A stretch of DNA of 36,698 bases from Octopus bimaculoides (lineage: Eukaryota), in the NCBI RefSeq assembly GCF_001194135.2, contig NC_068981.1, positions 32,643,995 to 32,680,692 of the forward strand. Reading direction: 5' to 3'. Each line of letters starts with the position of its first letter. Within the stretch, counting starts at the first letter, position 1. The position numbers and the translations under genes were made by a program. The notes beneath the pieces are model-generated. The model had not been told where the DNA came from, searched no databases, and saw only the letters and a program-made list of their open reading frames with translations. This document shows, piece after piece, positions 23,166 through 35,395 of this stretch.

Positions 23166-23355
23166 GTCCACCACCGTTTGATCACCGGTGTCGTTGTGTT
23201 TACATCCCTGTTATTTAACGGTTCGAAAAATGCCGATAAAATAAGTATCAGGTTTTTAACAAAATTAGCACTGGGGTTGATTCCTTCGGCTAAAATTCCA
23301 GGCGGTGTCCTAACATGGTTGCAGTCTGATGATTGAAACAAGTAAAAAATAAAAG
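23166..23355 (+). mobile_element. 5'-truncated SINE (family D)
   Basis: Body ccgataaaataagtatcagg..gcactggggttgat and tail aggcggtgtcctaacatggttgcagtctgatgattgaaacaagtaaaaaataaaag. Confidence 0.7.
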
Positions 23356-24381
23356 AAACACACACTTCCATACACTCATACGCGCGCGCACACAAACATA
23401 CACACACACATATACACGTGTGTGTGTGCGTGTGCGCGCGTTTGCACGTACTTACGAATGTGTATTCGTCCAGTGCAATTTAAAACCCGAAATTAGTATT
23501 TAAATTTTCATGAGTATTCATGTTCGTATTTCGTATTTTTATTCTTTGTTATGAATCCTGTGTTTGATAGTAATGGAGAATATATGTGATAAATAAACTA
23601 AATACGAGAGATTGTTTATGAGATATTTCGCTACACCGTCCTACGTACGTTTCATTAAAATAAGTTGGTTGTTAGGTACGTAATGCGAATTACATAATTA
23701 GTACTTACTGTCAAATCGACACAGTTTAACTTTTATACATAACATTATCGGATCGACAATCACTTGCCATCTCCATGATGATGAATTCTGTTAACGTCTT
23801 TTCAATCCAATAATGGTGCATATAAAAGTTAAATGTATTTGACTATTTTACGGCAAGAAATGCGAACTGTGTTTAACGGAGGAAAGACAGGTTCTTATGA
23901 GATGCCTCACGTTCGGTGAATGTAAATGCCAATTCAGAGTCCTTTACACGTAGTTTACATGAACGAAAGTACATTCTGAGATACCTGTCTAAATCTCTTT
24001 CACGAAATGATTTCACTGATTTCAACACCATCACCCACGGCCGATCGTCTGTTCATTCCTGTTCAACTTTTTGTTATCTTAATACTTTTATCCTACTTTG
24101 TTCTGTCTTCGTGTACCAATATCTACCCCATTTCATCTGCTCTCTCTCCCCTTGTCACTTTCTTTCTTTCCCTCTCTCTCCCTCTCTCTCTCTCTCATCC
24201 ATTCTAGCGCTTGTCTCTCTCCCTCTCCTCTTATTCCCGCTATCTCTTCCCCTATAAACACTCATAATATTACTTATTGTCTGATCCGGATTTTAAAACT
24301 GACGTTTCCCCTTATGCGAGAAATATCACTTTGATCATCAAGCATTAGTCATTGCACCTGAACTATTAATTCTAAATTATT

Positions 24382-24426
<45 letters not shown>

Positions 24427-25151
24427 ACTATGGGCAATACATCACACTCATCTTGGTAGTCGAGAGGTTGAAAGAACGACTGTCAATGCATGTTATAATC
24501 TCCACAAAGCACAATGTTCACTAAGTCATCGCATTAACGACGCTATTATACACATAGAAAGCATGGGCTTTATATCAATAAAAGCTGGAAGAAAAACTGC
24601 ATGCATTCATAATGATGAAGCACCTTAATCAAATAATCAAAATCGTTTGGAAAGACAAGGTGTGAAGAACCTTGAGAAAGCCAAGGGACCAGACATGGAA
24701 TAGATATTTATGCAAGGATACATCCACTGGCTTGAGTCTCTCCGAAAACGGATAAGGCTCAGTTCCTGAATTATATATTCCGTTGCGTGTTTCCTAGCAC
24801 TACGAGAAATCAGGGTAGGCTCTGGTTGAGTTACAAATGTTTAGACAGGCACACGAAATGAAATGTTAAAACACGCAGACGGACCAGCGCAACATAGGAA
24901 AGAAACTTGCGAAGGAGAGGAGATCCCTTCTGATACGAATCGGACGATCTATGATGGTTATAATGATGATGTTTATATAATTGCGAATGTGTGCGTATGT
25001 GTAGGCTTGCGTGATTGTGTAAGTGTATATTCCTAATGAATCTTTCAAACGAGATGAAAGCGCTAAATGAATAATTATCCAAAATTCTGACTACCTCTTT
25101 TTTACTAAATATCTGAAATATGTACACTTCTTCAAATAATATATATATATA

Positions 25152-25301
25152 GGCGCAGGAGTGGCTGTGTGGTAAGTAGCTTTCTTACCAACCACATGGT
25201 TCCGGGTTCAGTCCCACTGCGTGGCACCTTGGGCAAGTGTCTTCTACTATAGCCTCGGGTCGACCAAAGCGTTGAGTGGATTTGGTAGACAGAAACTGAA
25301 A
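25152..25301 (+). mobile_element. tRNA-derived SINE (family A) with intact head
   Basis: A box tggctgtgtgg, B box gggttcagtccc, then cttgggcaagtgtcttctactatagcc; homologous to 8836-8954 and 30328-30444. Confidence 0.88.
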
Positions 25302-25364
25302 TGTGTGTGTGTGTGCGCGTGTGTGTAAGTTGTTTTTTATTTATGTTGAATTGTATTGGTCTCA

Positions 25365-25527
25365 GATTTTGACACAAGACCTGTGGGTGTTGGGCATTAT
25401 ATCAACCCCTGTCGTCAAATGGTATTTTATCGACTCCCAAATGGCAAACTCGACCTTAGCAGAATTTGAACTCAAAACATAAACACGGTCGAAACGTCCG
25501 GCGTGGTAACGATTCTGTCAGCTCGGG
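25365..25527 (-). mobile_element. Degenerate family B SINE
   Basis: Minus strand reads gagctgacagaatcgttacc..tgagttcaaattctgctaaggtcgag..gagtcgataaaatacc. Confidence 0.75.
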
Positions 25528-25759
25528 CGTAAGTGTTGAGTTATATTAAAACCAATTTAACATTAATTTGAAAAATTACTCAGAATTATTAGCTAGGATG
25601 CGTATTTATCATACTTTGATAAAATGAGCAGTGACCGTGATTTCGAAATTTCGGGTTGCTAGCCTTTTGGCGACTGTAACTTCGAAATCACTGTCATCCC
25701 TCTTCTTGTATAAGTATTATAACCACATGTGAATCGTTGGCGATTTTCTTCCTCCATCC

Positions 25760-25996
<237 letters not shown>

Positions 25997-26125
25997 CAGA
26001 CAGACAGACAGACAGACAGATAGATACATACATACATACATACATACATACATTCATAGGTACGTACGTACGTACATACACACACATGCATGCACACACA
26101 CGTGCATACATACATAATACATACA

Positions 26126-26159
<34 letters not shown>

Positions 26160-27260
26160 CATACATACATACAAACAGACATGGTGAGCGAGGAGGTAGA
26201 ATTTTGATTTTTTTAAATTTTGATTGCAATTCTTCCCTTTTAATTTCAGACAAAATTATCTCATGAAGAAAATTAAAACAAGGAATAAAAGAAAAGAAAG
26301 GACAGAAAAAAAAAAGGAAAAGAAAGATACTCTACACAGCATTAGTAAGTTCTAGAGAAAAATTCCGCTGCAGGTTAGATATAGCTTAAAGAAATGTTCA
26401 GCTGTGAATATTCCCTATCTTCGCCAGCGTTTCTAACGTTCAATGTTCCATTCCTTCTTCTTCACCTATTATTTTCCCTTCTGTATTTTTGTTGTATTTT
26501 TTTTTTTATTATTTCATAGGTGCGATATTTTTATTTCGATTAGTTTTGTTTTTCCTTCTGAATTTATTCACCAAAATTTTAGATCATGCTGTTGCTGTTG
26601 TTGCTGTGGGTGTTGTTGTTNNNNNNNNNNNNNNNNNNNNNNNNNNNNNNNNNNNNNNNNNNNNNNNNNNNNNNNNNNNNNNNNNNNNNNNNNNNNNNNN
26701 NNNNNNNNNNNNNNNNNNNNNNNNNNNNNNNNNNNNNNNNNNNNNNNNNNNNNNNNNNNNNNNNNNNNNNNNNNNNNNNNNNNNNNNNNNNNNNNNNNNN
26801 NNNNNNNNNNNNNNNNNNNNNNNNNNNNNNNNNNNNNNNNNNNNNNNNNNNNNNNNNNNNNNNNNNNNNNNNNNNNNNNNNNNNNNNNNNNNNNNNNNNN
26901 NNNNNNNNNNNNNNNNNNNNNNNNNNNNNNNNNNNNNNNNNNNNNNNNNNNNNNNNNNNNNNNNNNNNNNNNNNNNNNNNNNNNNNNNNNNNNNNNNNNN
27001 NNNNNNNNNNNNNNNNNNNNNNNNNNNNNNNNNNNNNNNNNNNNNNNNNNNNNNNNNNNNNNNNNNNNNNNNNNNNNNNNNNNNNNNNNNNNNNNNNNNN
27101 NNNNNNNNNNNNNNNNNNNNNNNNNNNNNNNNNNNNNNNGTATGTATGTATGTATGTATGTATGTATGTATGCACTTTTGTTTGTGGTTACCGTTGTTGC
27201 CGATATATCTAAATATATACATATTTTGCATATACATACATACATACATACATACATACA

Positions 27261-27291
<31 letters not shown>

Positions 27292-27996
27292 TTCGTTACC
27301 CTATTACTGCAGTGTTTATAACAGAATTTTCCAGAAACTTGTCGCCTGAAGGAGATTATCGATAATTAACAAAACCTATTTGGAATGTGCCGGCGTATTT
27401 TTGAAATGTTTATTGTTCGAAAATTTTTCAGATCAGTTTAAATTGTATGCATTGAAAACGATGGAGCAGGCGGTGATAATGGTGATTATGCTGAAGATGA
27501 GATAAAAGAAGATGATGAAAAAGAGAAGAACAAGACGAAGACGGAATCCACGTAGTAAAAGAACACATGAGTAACAAACACCTTTTAGGTGAAGCAAAAA
27601 TGAGATATATGAAAAATGGAAGAATAAATAAAATTACGAACAAGCCAAGCAAATAAAGAAGTAGAAAATATATATATATATAAAGACAGATAGATACAGA
27701 AATAGAAGCATTTCTTCAATAATCAATGCATAAATATATTCAGCAACTAATATAGTTCAAAGGGAGTCGTGTTTGTTTGTTTGAGTAGATGATGTGTTCC
27801 GGGGAATTTATAAAAATAATCGAGTAGGAGTAAGAATACAATTAAAAATAATAGTAGCTGTGGTTGCAGGGGTGAGAGAAGGAGAGAAGGATAGAGAGGG
27901 GGTGGGAGGAAACAAAACAAAGATATAGACGACGAAACTAACCAACTAAAAGAAAGAAATTGCCCCAATCGAAACATTTATATATGTGTGCATATG

Positions 27997-28036
<40 letters not shown>

Positions 28037-28461
28037 AACACACACACACATGTATATAGACATCCACAATATATATACGTATGTATGCATACATATAAAT
28101 ATGTATATGTATATATATGTGTGTATATACATATATATACCCAGTAGCTGGTCAAAACCATACTATGGGCATGGGTATTTGAATTGTGTTTTGTTGATTT
28201 ATGCAGTATTTGCTTTTGTTATCAAGAACTATATGTATAAATGTGTCAGATTATGAGTCTATCTACGTCTGCTTGAATGCGCACGCGCGCGTGTATGTGT
28301 GTATATGTTTGTGTGTATATGTTTGTGTGTAAATGTAGGTGCATTGTGTATATTCACAAACATTTTTCTATATCTGTATATAAGTTATATATTAATATTG
28401 TATATGCAAAAAAGTAAGCATGCACCAATTATATATCTATCAATCTATCTGTCTATCTCCT

Positions 28462-28532
<71 letters not shown>

Positions 28533-29082
28533 ATATATATACACAGATGCATATACGTATATATGTCTATATATACACTATATAATTAAAATATGTACGT
28601 ACATTCATACAAATACTTGTATGTGTATTAATTGTATATGAACATATGTATATACATATGTGTGTATGCACTCACATATGCGTTCGTGTGTGTGTGTATG
28701 TATGTGTGTGTGCGTTTGTGTGTGAGTATGTGTTTGTGTGTTTGTGTGCGTGTGTGTGCATGTGCATGTGCGTGCGTTTGTGTATGTAGATTTCGGGGAA
28801 AGCGAGGGCGAGAGGGAAGGAATCTGACTGAGTCAGAAACAAAGAGAGATACTATTTTTATGTGGGCCTATTTGCTCTATATTTTTATGGCATATTTATT
28901 TTTCATATCTCAAGAAATGTATTTATTTGTAGCTATAGGAATCAATATACTTGTACACTTTAATTAGGTATTCATACCCATTACTATTCTCCATACAGGA
29001 TAGTATGTGTGTATGTAATGTGTGTGTCAGTGTGTGTGTCTGTGTATGTATGTGTGTGTGTGTGTGTGTCTGTCTGTCTGTC

Positions 29083-29133
<51 letters not shown>

Positions 29134-29534
29134 CGAAATCGCTATGCACGAATAAATGTGTTAATATTTTTCTACTCATAAAAGCAAACAAATAATGTAT
29201 AGCCATATTCGAAAATACACAAAAACTAGTAATATACGCACGCATACTTACAAATACTCACACGTGTGTGTGTATGTGTGTGCATGCGTGTGTGTGTGTT
29301 TGCGTCTATGTGTGTGCATATACACGTGAATGTTTGTCTGTATTTATGTGTATGTACTTATGTACTTTTTAAACGAGTTATGTGCAGAAGCGGAAGCAGA
29401 AAATACTCAATTCCTTGAAGTTAAAATTTGAAGTTTGTCTCGTGCTTACAGGCCTGTTATGCCAGAGATATTCCAAAGGATAATTTCTGGTTGATTCCGA
29501 GGTGGATGGACTGGCAGACTCATTGAAGCTTTGG

Positions 29535-29637
29535 ATAGAATTCCTCACAATATGTTTTCTGACTGCCTTTGCCCTGAGTTCGAATCCCGCTGAGCTCATC
29601 TCTACCTTTCATCCTTTTGGAGTGGAGAAAAAGGTAC
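29535..29637 (+). mobile_element. Degenerate family B SINE fragment
   Basis: ctgagttcgaatcccgctgagctcatctctacctttcatccttttggagt contains a B box and the body motif. Confidence 0.65.
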
Positions 29638-29874
29638 TTACAAAGATCGGTTATTTGGCAAAACTGTTGGATGGTGGTTGAGACGCATTGCAATATCTGC
29701 TCTGGTTCTTTGCTTTCTGGCAGCAATATCAGTTTTGTCTCTGGTACCAAAACTGTATTGGTCCATATCCAAATCGATTGCCTTTTTCCCTTGAATAAAC
29801 GCCGGTGGAGTGGGAAAAGAAAGATTTGGGGCTGGACAACTACCAATCTTCCTGTAAAGGTCTTACTCACGCAT

Positions 29875-30444
29875 GCGCACGCATGGCTCTGTGATTAAGA
29901 AGTTCCCTACATCTCAGCGTGTAGAGGCGCAATGGCCTAGTGATTAGGGCAGCGGACTCGCGGTCATAGGATCGCGGTTTCGATTCCCAGACCGGGCGTT
30001 GTGAGTGTTTATTGAGCGAAAACACCTAAAGCTCCACGAGGCTCCGGCAGGGGATGGTGGTGAACTCTGCTGTATTCTTTCACCACAACTTTCTCTCACT
30101 CTTACTTCCTGTTTCTGTTGTGCCTGTAATTCAAAGGGTCAGCCTTGTCACACTGTGTCACGCTGAATATCCCCGAGAACTACGTTAAGGGTACACGTGT
30201 CTGTGGAGTGCTCAGCCACTTGCACGTTAATTTCACGAGCAGGCTGTTCCGTTGATCGGATCAACTGGAACCCTCGACGTCGTAGGCGACGGAGTGCCAA
30301 CAACAACAACAACAACATCACAGCGTGACTTCAGGTTTAGGCCCGCTATACAGCACCCTGGGCAAGTATCTTCTACTACAATCCCGGACTGCTTAATGGT
30401 TTGTGAGTGAATTTGATTGGAGGAAACAGTGCAAAATCCCGTCG
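29875..30444 (+). mobile_element. Old family A-like SINE split by a younger insertion (parts 29875-29921 and 30315-30444)
   Basis: Head gcgcacgcatggctctgtgattaagaagtt resumes after the insert as gacttcaggtttaggccc..ccctgggcaagtatcttctactac. Confidence 0.75.
29922..30314 (+). mobile_element. Full-length tRNA-derived SINE with (CAA)n tail and 13-bp target-site duplication
   Basis: A box tggcctagtga, B box ggtttcgattcc and tail acggagtgcc(aac)n. The TSD is acatctcagcgtg (29909-29921) / acatcacagcgtg (30315-30327). Confidence 0.88.
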
Positions 30445-31493
30445 GGTATATACTGGGTTGACCATAAGTCACGCATCAAAATATTTCACATTTAATCTAT
30501 ATAATATTATTACTAGTAGTAACATGTGGAAATTCCAGGGAATGGAAAAAAATAAGAGGACTTATTTAAGAAAGAAAAGGTGATTTGCATTTTTATAGCA
30601 TTCATAATTTAGCTTTCTTTAAATATCCTTGACGTTTGTCTATATTGAATTCCTCACGTCTCCGTCGATGCTGTCTTTTTTCATCTTTTTGTTTTATCTT
30701 CTCACTGTTCCTCTCTGATCCGTGCTCAATATCTGTGCATCCTTTCTTGGGCAGCTTGCAACCGTGTTTCTTGTGAATCCAGAGTTGGGGCTAAATTAAC
30801 CCTTATAAACAAAACAAAATATCCAATTTTTTTAAGTGAGCAGACGATAAATATTTGCACTTATGCGTATGCGGTCGCTATCAAAAATTAGTTCAATAAA
30901 AAAAATACTTATCTATATCAACACACCACAGCCACCGCTATCTACCTCTTACTCTTTCTCTTTCCCCCCGCTCTATCCCTCCCCTCTCCCTCTCTCTCAA
31001 TATATCTGCCTCCCCTGTCCACCTTTCTATCTACCTTTCCCTTCAGCTAACTTCTACCACGATGTGAAATGAAATACTCAATGATACAATGTGCCACGTT
31101 GTTTGATAATCGAATCCACGACATAAGCACTTGACCAGTATGATTTATTCATTTACTGGAAGTAAAAACTTTATTCTTTCGTTATTCAAGTTGTCCCTTT
31201 ATTGTACATATTTGGCGAATATCTTTGGGAAACGTATTGGAATTCTAACCGTCTGCTACTTGTTGACGGAGCAATGATAAGCCCCTAAACTGCGGGTTCC
31301 CAGTAAAGGTTTTAGTTGGAGTTTGCAACTATTCAATTATTTTATTCAAATGATGCTACGATTGTATTCGCTAAGAATCAAAACGAGCAATTAATTTTCT
31401 TTTTCTTCTTTTTCGCTTGACGACCGTCTAAATGACACATTCTAAATAAGTTTGGTGAGATGTGTGCTTGAGTATGTGTGCGTGCGTGTGCTT

Positions 31494-31527
<34 letters not shown>

Positions 31528-31807
31528 NNNNNNNNNNNNNNNNNNNNNNNNNNNNNNNNNNNNNNNNNNNNNNNNNNNNNNNNNNNNNNNNNNNNNNNNN
31601 NNNNNNNNNNNNNNNNNNNNNNNNNNNNNNNNNNNNNNNNNNNNNNNNNNNNNNNNNNNNNNNNNNNNNNNNNNNNNNNNNNNNNNNNNNNNNNNNNNNN
31701 NNNNNNNNNNNNNNNNNNNNNNNNNNNNNNNNNNNNNNNATTAGACCAATCTAACACAGAAAACAGAAGCAATCCTACAAATAATAGCTTCACTAATAAT
31801 TACACAC

Positions 31808-32130
31808 GGGCATATGGCGTAGTGGTTAAGAGCGCGGGCTACTAACCCCAAGATTCCGAGTTCGATTCCAAGCAGTGACCTGAACAATAATAATAGCAAC
31901 AACAACAACAACAACAACAACAGCAATAATAATAATAATAATAACAACAATAATAATAACATCGAAAAATACCTAAAATGAGAACCCAGGTTCGAAATTT
32001 CCCCAAGACACCTGAAGAAGGCTGGAGGGTATATCAGCCGAAACGTTGTGTTAACAACAAACAAGATGAGGACAAATATCCGTCGAATGTAAATAATGTA
32101 CATAATTCCTCATCTCTTAAATATAGAACT
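31808..32130 (+). mobile_element. Composite element: tRNA-like Pol III head, (AAT/AAC)n spacer, hammerhead-bearing tail
   Basis: A box TGGCGTAGTGG (31815-31825), B box GAGTTCGATTCC (31858-31869), microsatellite 31884-31960, hammerhead 32007-32052 and a 9-bp stem 32064-32072 / 32107-32115. Confidence 0.75.
32007..32052 (+). ncRNA. Minimal type I hammerhead; predicted cleavage 3' of 32047
   Basis: GACAC-CTGAAGA-A-GGCTG-GAGGGTATAT-CAGCC-GAA-ACGT-T-GTGTT: 5-bp helix I, perfect 5-bp helix II, palindromic ACGU helix III, one extra A after A9. Confidence 0.82.
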
Positions 32131-32597
32131 AAATGTAAGTTTGTATGTGTATGTGCATGTATAAACACCCAACATTTCAGTCAACATTTTAGCTACTATA
32201 AAAACAGTTACAAAACTAATGAAAGAATATATGGGAGAAGGTAGCCAATATGTTTATTCAGTGAACGAATTAGTTTTAGTAACTAAATCAAAACGCCCGA
32301 ACCATATGAAATAAAAGCAATTCAAGTGTTGTGGTATTGGGAAAAGTTTTAAAGAAATCCAAACTCCCTTAGACCAGATCTTGAAACAAGATATTGGTAA
32401 TTTTGAGTTGTATCGAAAGAATTTAATTTCGTTGTATATAAACACTGTGAACGAAACCTTTGCAAAGTCTCATCCATTGAGTTAAGGTAAAGAAATCGAA
32501 AACAAAGATTTTCGTACAATAATCAATAACAAATATTCTGTGTAAGATCAATGCTGAAGATTTCATCTTAATTTTGTAGGATCATTGCGATGTTACT

Positions 32598-32880
32598 GAC
32601 AGCCCATAACTATTTAATATCTTGCCAAAACATCTGAGGAATCTACATGGAGTAGGTGTAGATGTTTTCAAGGACAAAACTTGACCTCCTGCTGTCCAGG
32701 GTCCCAGAGGAACCGACATCACGAAGAGAAACTGAAAAGAGGATAGCAATGTCGAACTCGCTCCTTCACCAAAAGCCAATCGCATAAGAATGGTTATTGA
32801 AAAATAAGCTACAATGACGGTGCCACAGCATGGCCACCACATGGCTACAGCCTTTGGGCTAAAACACATAAGAGAATAAG
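32598..32880 (+). mobile_element. CR1-group LINE 3' fragment (decayed ORF2 C-terminus plus 3' tail)
   Basis: SP*LFNILPKHLRNLHGVGVDVFKDK, then after a 1-nt frameshift LDLLLSRVPEEPTSRRETEKRIAMSNSLLHQ. This fits the LFN.LP..IR...FK..LD..L..VPD.P ending of CR1/L2-group ORF2. Confidence 0.75.
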
Positions 32881-33564
32881 AAAATTAAAACAATAGCTAG
32901 AGGGAAATTAAGAAATGGGGTTGTACGAAATATTTGTTCAATAACATGAATAAGGTTGAATTAGTGAACCTGGCTATCATATGCATGGATCATTAAAAAT
33001 CATTTTCGAATCCATCTTTGCAACACTGTGGTTCACCAAAATCCTATCCCCTGATATTAGGCATTTGAACATTTAACAGGTTGGGTTATTAATACCTCAT
33101 TGCATTTGTTCCGACTTTCTGTGCCCTGCTCACTTTTGTATTTCATGTTTTCGAAGTCTATAAAAAATATATATTCCACTCCTGGGATATCGAATGGTGG
33201 AACTATAAAAATGAATATTTATATAGTTGGATAGTTTGCAGTAATTGATCCAACACTTTGCATCCTGAATTTAAATCCCGCCATGACCTACATGGATGAG
33301 AGGCATTTAGCGGTGTTTACTCTGTTGGAAGCATTCGAGCCAGCTCACCAGTTTGAGGGCCACCTTCCTTCAGCATTTCCACCAGTGTCAACGGTTACGG
33401 CTGAAATGCCTTTTCATCATACGTCTGCTTCACCATGGCTACTATGGTGGAGAACTAAATAACAAGAAAGCAAAACAACAATAACAATATTCGCTATAAG
33501 CTATTCTTTTATATTAGCGTCTAATTTTTAAAGACAGCAAGATCGTATATGAGAGGGTGATACG

Positions 33565-33607
<43 letters not shown>

Positions 33608-33698
33608 GAGATTACATGTGATAGTAATGTACTCAAGTTATTATGTTACCTGTATCCCCAACCCACCAGCTGATCATATGTTAGCCCACCGTATGTTG

Positions 33699-33900
33699 AC
33701 ACAGATTGATAATACATTAAATTGACCTAATCTTCATTTTATGAATTCCAAAGAACTTAAAGAAAACACAGATTGATAGTACATTAAATTGACCTGATCT
33801 TCATTTTATGAAATCCAGGGAACTTAAAGAAAACTTGACTTCGGCAGGATTTGAATTCAAAACACACCAATACAAATACTGCATGGCATTTCGTCCATAA
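33699..33900 (-). mobile_element. Highly degenerate family B SINE whose 3' part is tandemly duplicated (67-bp unit, two copies)
   Basis: 33699-33765 and 33766-33832 differ at 5 positions and are followed by ttgacttcggcaggatttgaattc..gcatttcgtcc, the reverse complement of the B-box/head region. Confidence 0.55.
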
Positions 33901-34794
33901 CAACAATCTGGAGAACTCAAAGAAGACATTTCTTATAAACAAACAGAATATGAAGATTTGAAAAGAAAACAAATGCGTCAGAGTCAGAAAAAATTTTTTG
34001 AAAGAACGAAGAATGAAAAGAAGAGAAATGAATAAAAGACTTTGAGACATTAGTGGTCTGATATGGCACCAAATCAGAAAATAAACTTCTACTTTACAGG
34101 CATCCGGAAAAGATGAGTGAATAAAGTCAGTACATTGTCGACTAATGGGAATTATTGAAAACAATCCTACAGAAACATTACACAATATAAATAGTTGCAA
34201 TGTGTAAGCAGGGAGTGGAGAGTAAAGAAGAGGAAGGGGTGATTGTAAAGAGATGGGGTTGTAGGGTGAGATAAAAGAGTGGTTCAGTGAAATACTGAGA
34301 TAGAAAGAAGTGAGGAAAGAGAGGGAGAGAGGAAGAGAGAGAGAGAAAAGGAGAGAGGGGGAGAGGAAAATGGTGTGGTGAAGGGATATATAAATATATA
34401 TTTCTGGATGAATTTATGAGTATACACGTATATACGAAAACATCTATATACATATATATGTGTATATATGAGTTTGTCTGCATGCGTGTGTGCGCGTATA
34501 TGTGTGTATGTGCACGTGTGTATACATGTATACATATATATATATGTATATACATAAATATGTATAGGTTTTTTTACATATATATTGGTGGGTGAGTGAG
34601 ACAGATAGGGATAGAGAACGTATCGCAACTGCCTAAGCATATAGTTTTTATATTGATATGAGTGTATGTGTGTGTGTGTGTTTGGATGTTTCTGTTTGTG
34701 TATTTTGTGTTATGATTATTTTGTGAGAATAACTATATATATATATATAAAACTTTTGTCTACGACGTGAATGTGTTTATGTACACTTATACAT

Positions 34795-34827
<33 letters not shown>

Positions 34828-34900
34828 CCACAGATATTTGTGTGCATATGTGTCCATATATATATATATATACAACACACCTATCTGTGTGTATATGTGT

Positions 34901-34982
<82 letters not shown>

Positions 34983-35219
34983 TGCGCACACAAATATATG
35001 TATAGGTATGCATATTTCAGTGTCAGTAGATACGTCAGTGTATGTGTATGTGAGTCACTGTATGTCTCTGCATATGTATTCATACACATAGAATATATGT
35101 ACATAGAGGTATGTAAATCAGGAAGAAGAAGAAAAAGCGGTTGCTGTGGTGATGAAATCATAAAATCGTGAAAGAGAGAATAAGTTAACTATTAAAAAAT
35201 GAAGGTAGAGGTGGAGATA

Positions 35220-35395
35220 GAAGAAGAAGAAGAAGAAGAAGAAGAAGAAGAAGAAGAAGAAGAAGAAGAAGAAGAAGAAGAAGAAGAAGAAGAAGAAGAA
35301 GAAGAAGAAGAAGAAGAGTGAAGAAGAAGAAGAGTGAAGAATGAAGGAGGAGGAGAAGGGAGAAGGAGGGAGAGGAGGAGGAGGAAATGAGATGC
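35220..35395. repeat. (GAA)n grading into (GGA)n
   Basis: About 95 bp of pure GAA followed by degenerate purine repeats. Confidence 0.96.

Noticed and set aside
23323-23346. CTGATGA-TT-GAAACAAGTA in a SINE tail
   Set aside because: It has no helix II or helix I and is explained by the AGTC/GATT tail hairpin shared with the LINE.
27440-27550. Acidic peptide ENDGAGGDNGDYAEDEIKEDDEKEK
   Set aside because: It is a degenerate (GAT/GAA)n repeat without splice support.
31808-31881. tRNA-like heads here and at 10637, 25152 and 29922 as functional tRNA genes
   Set aside because: Acceptor stems do not close, and each continues into SINE body or repeat sequence.
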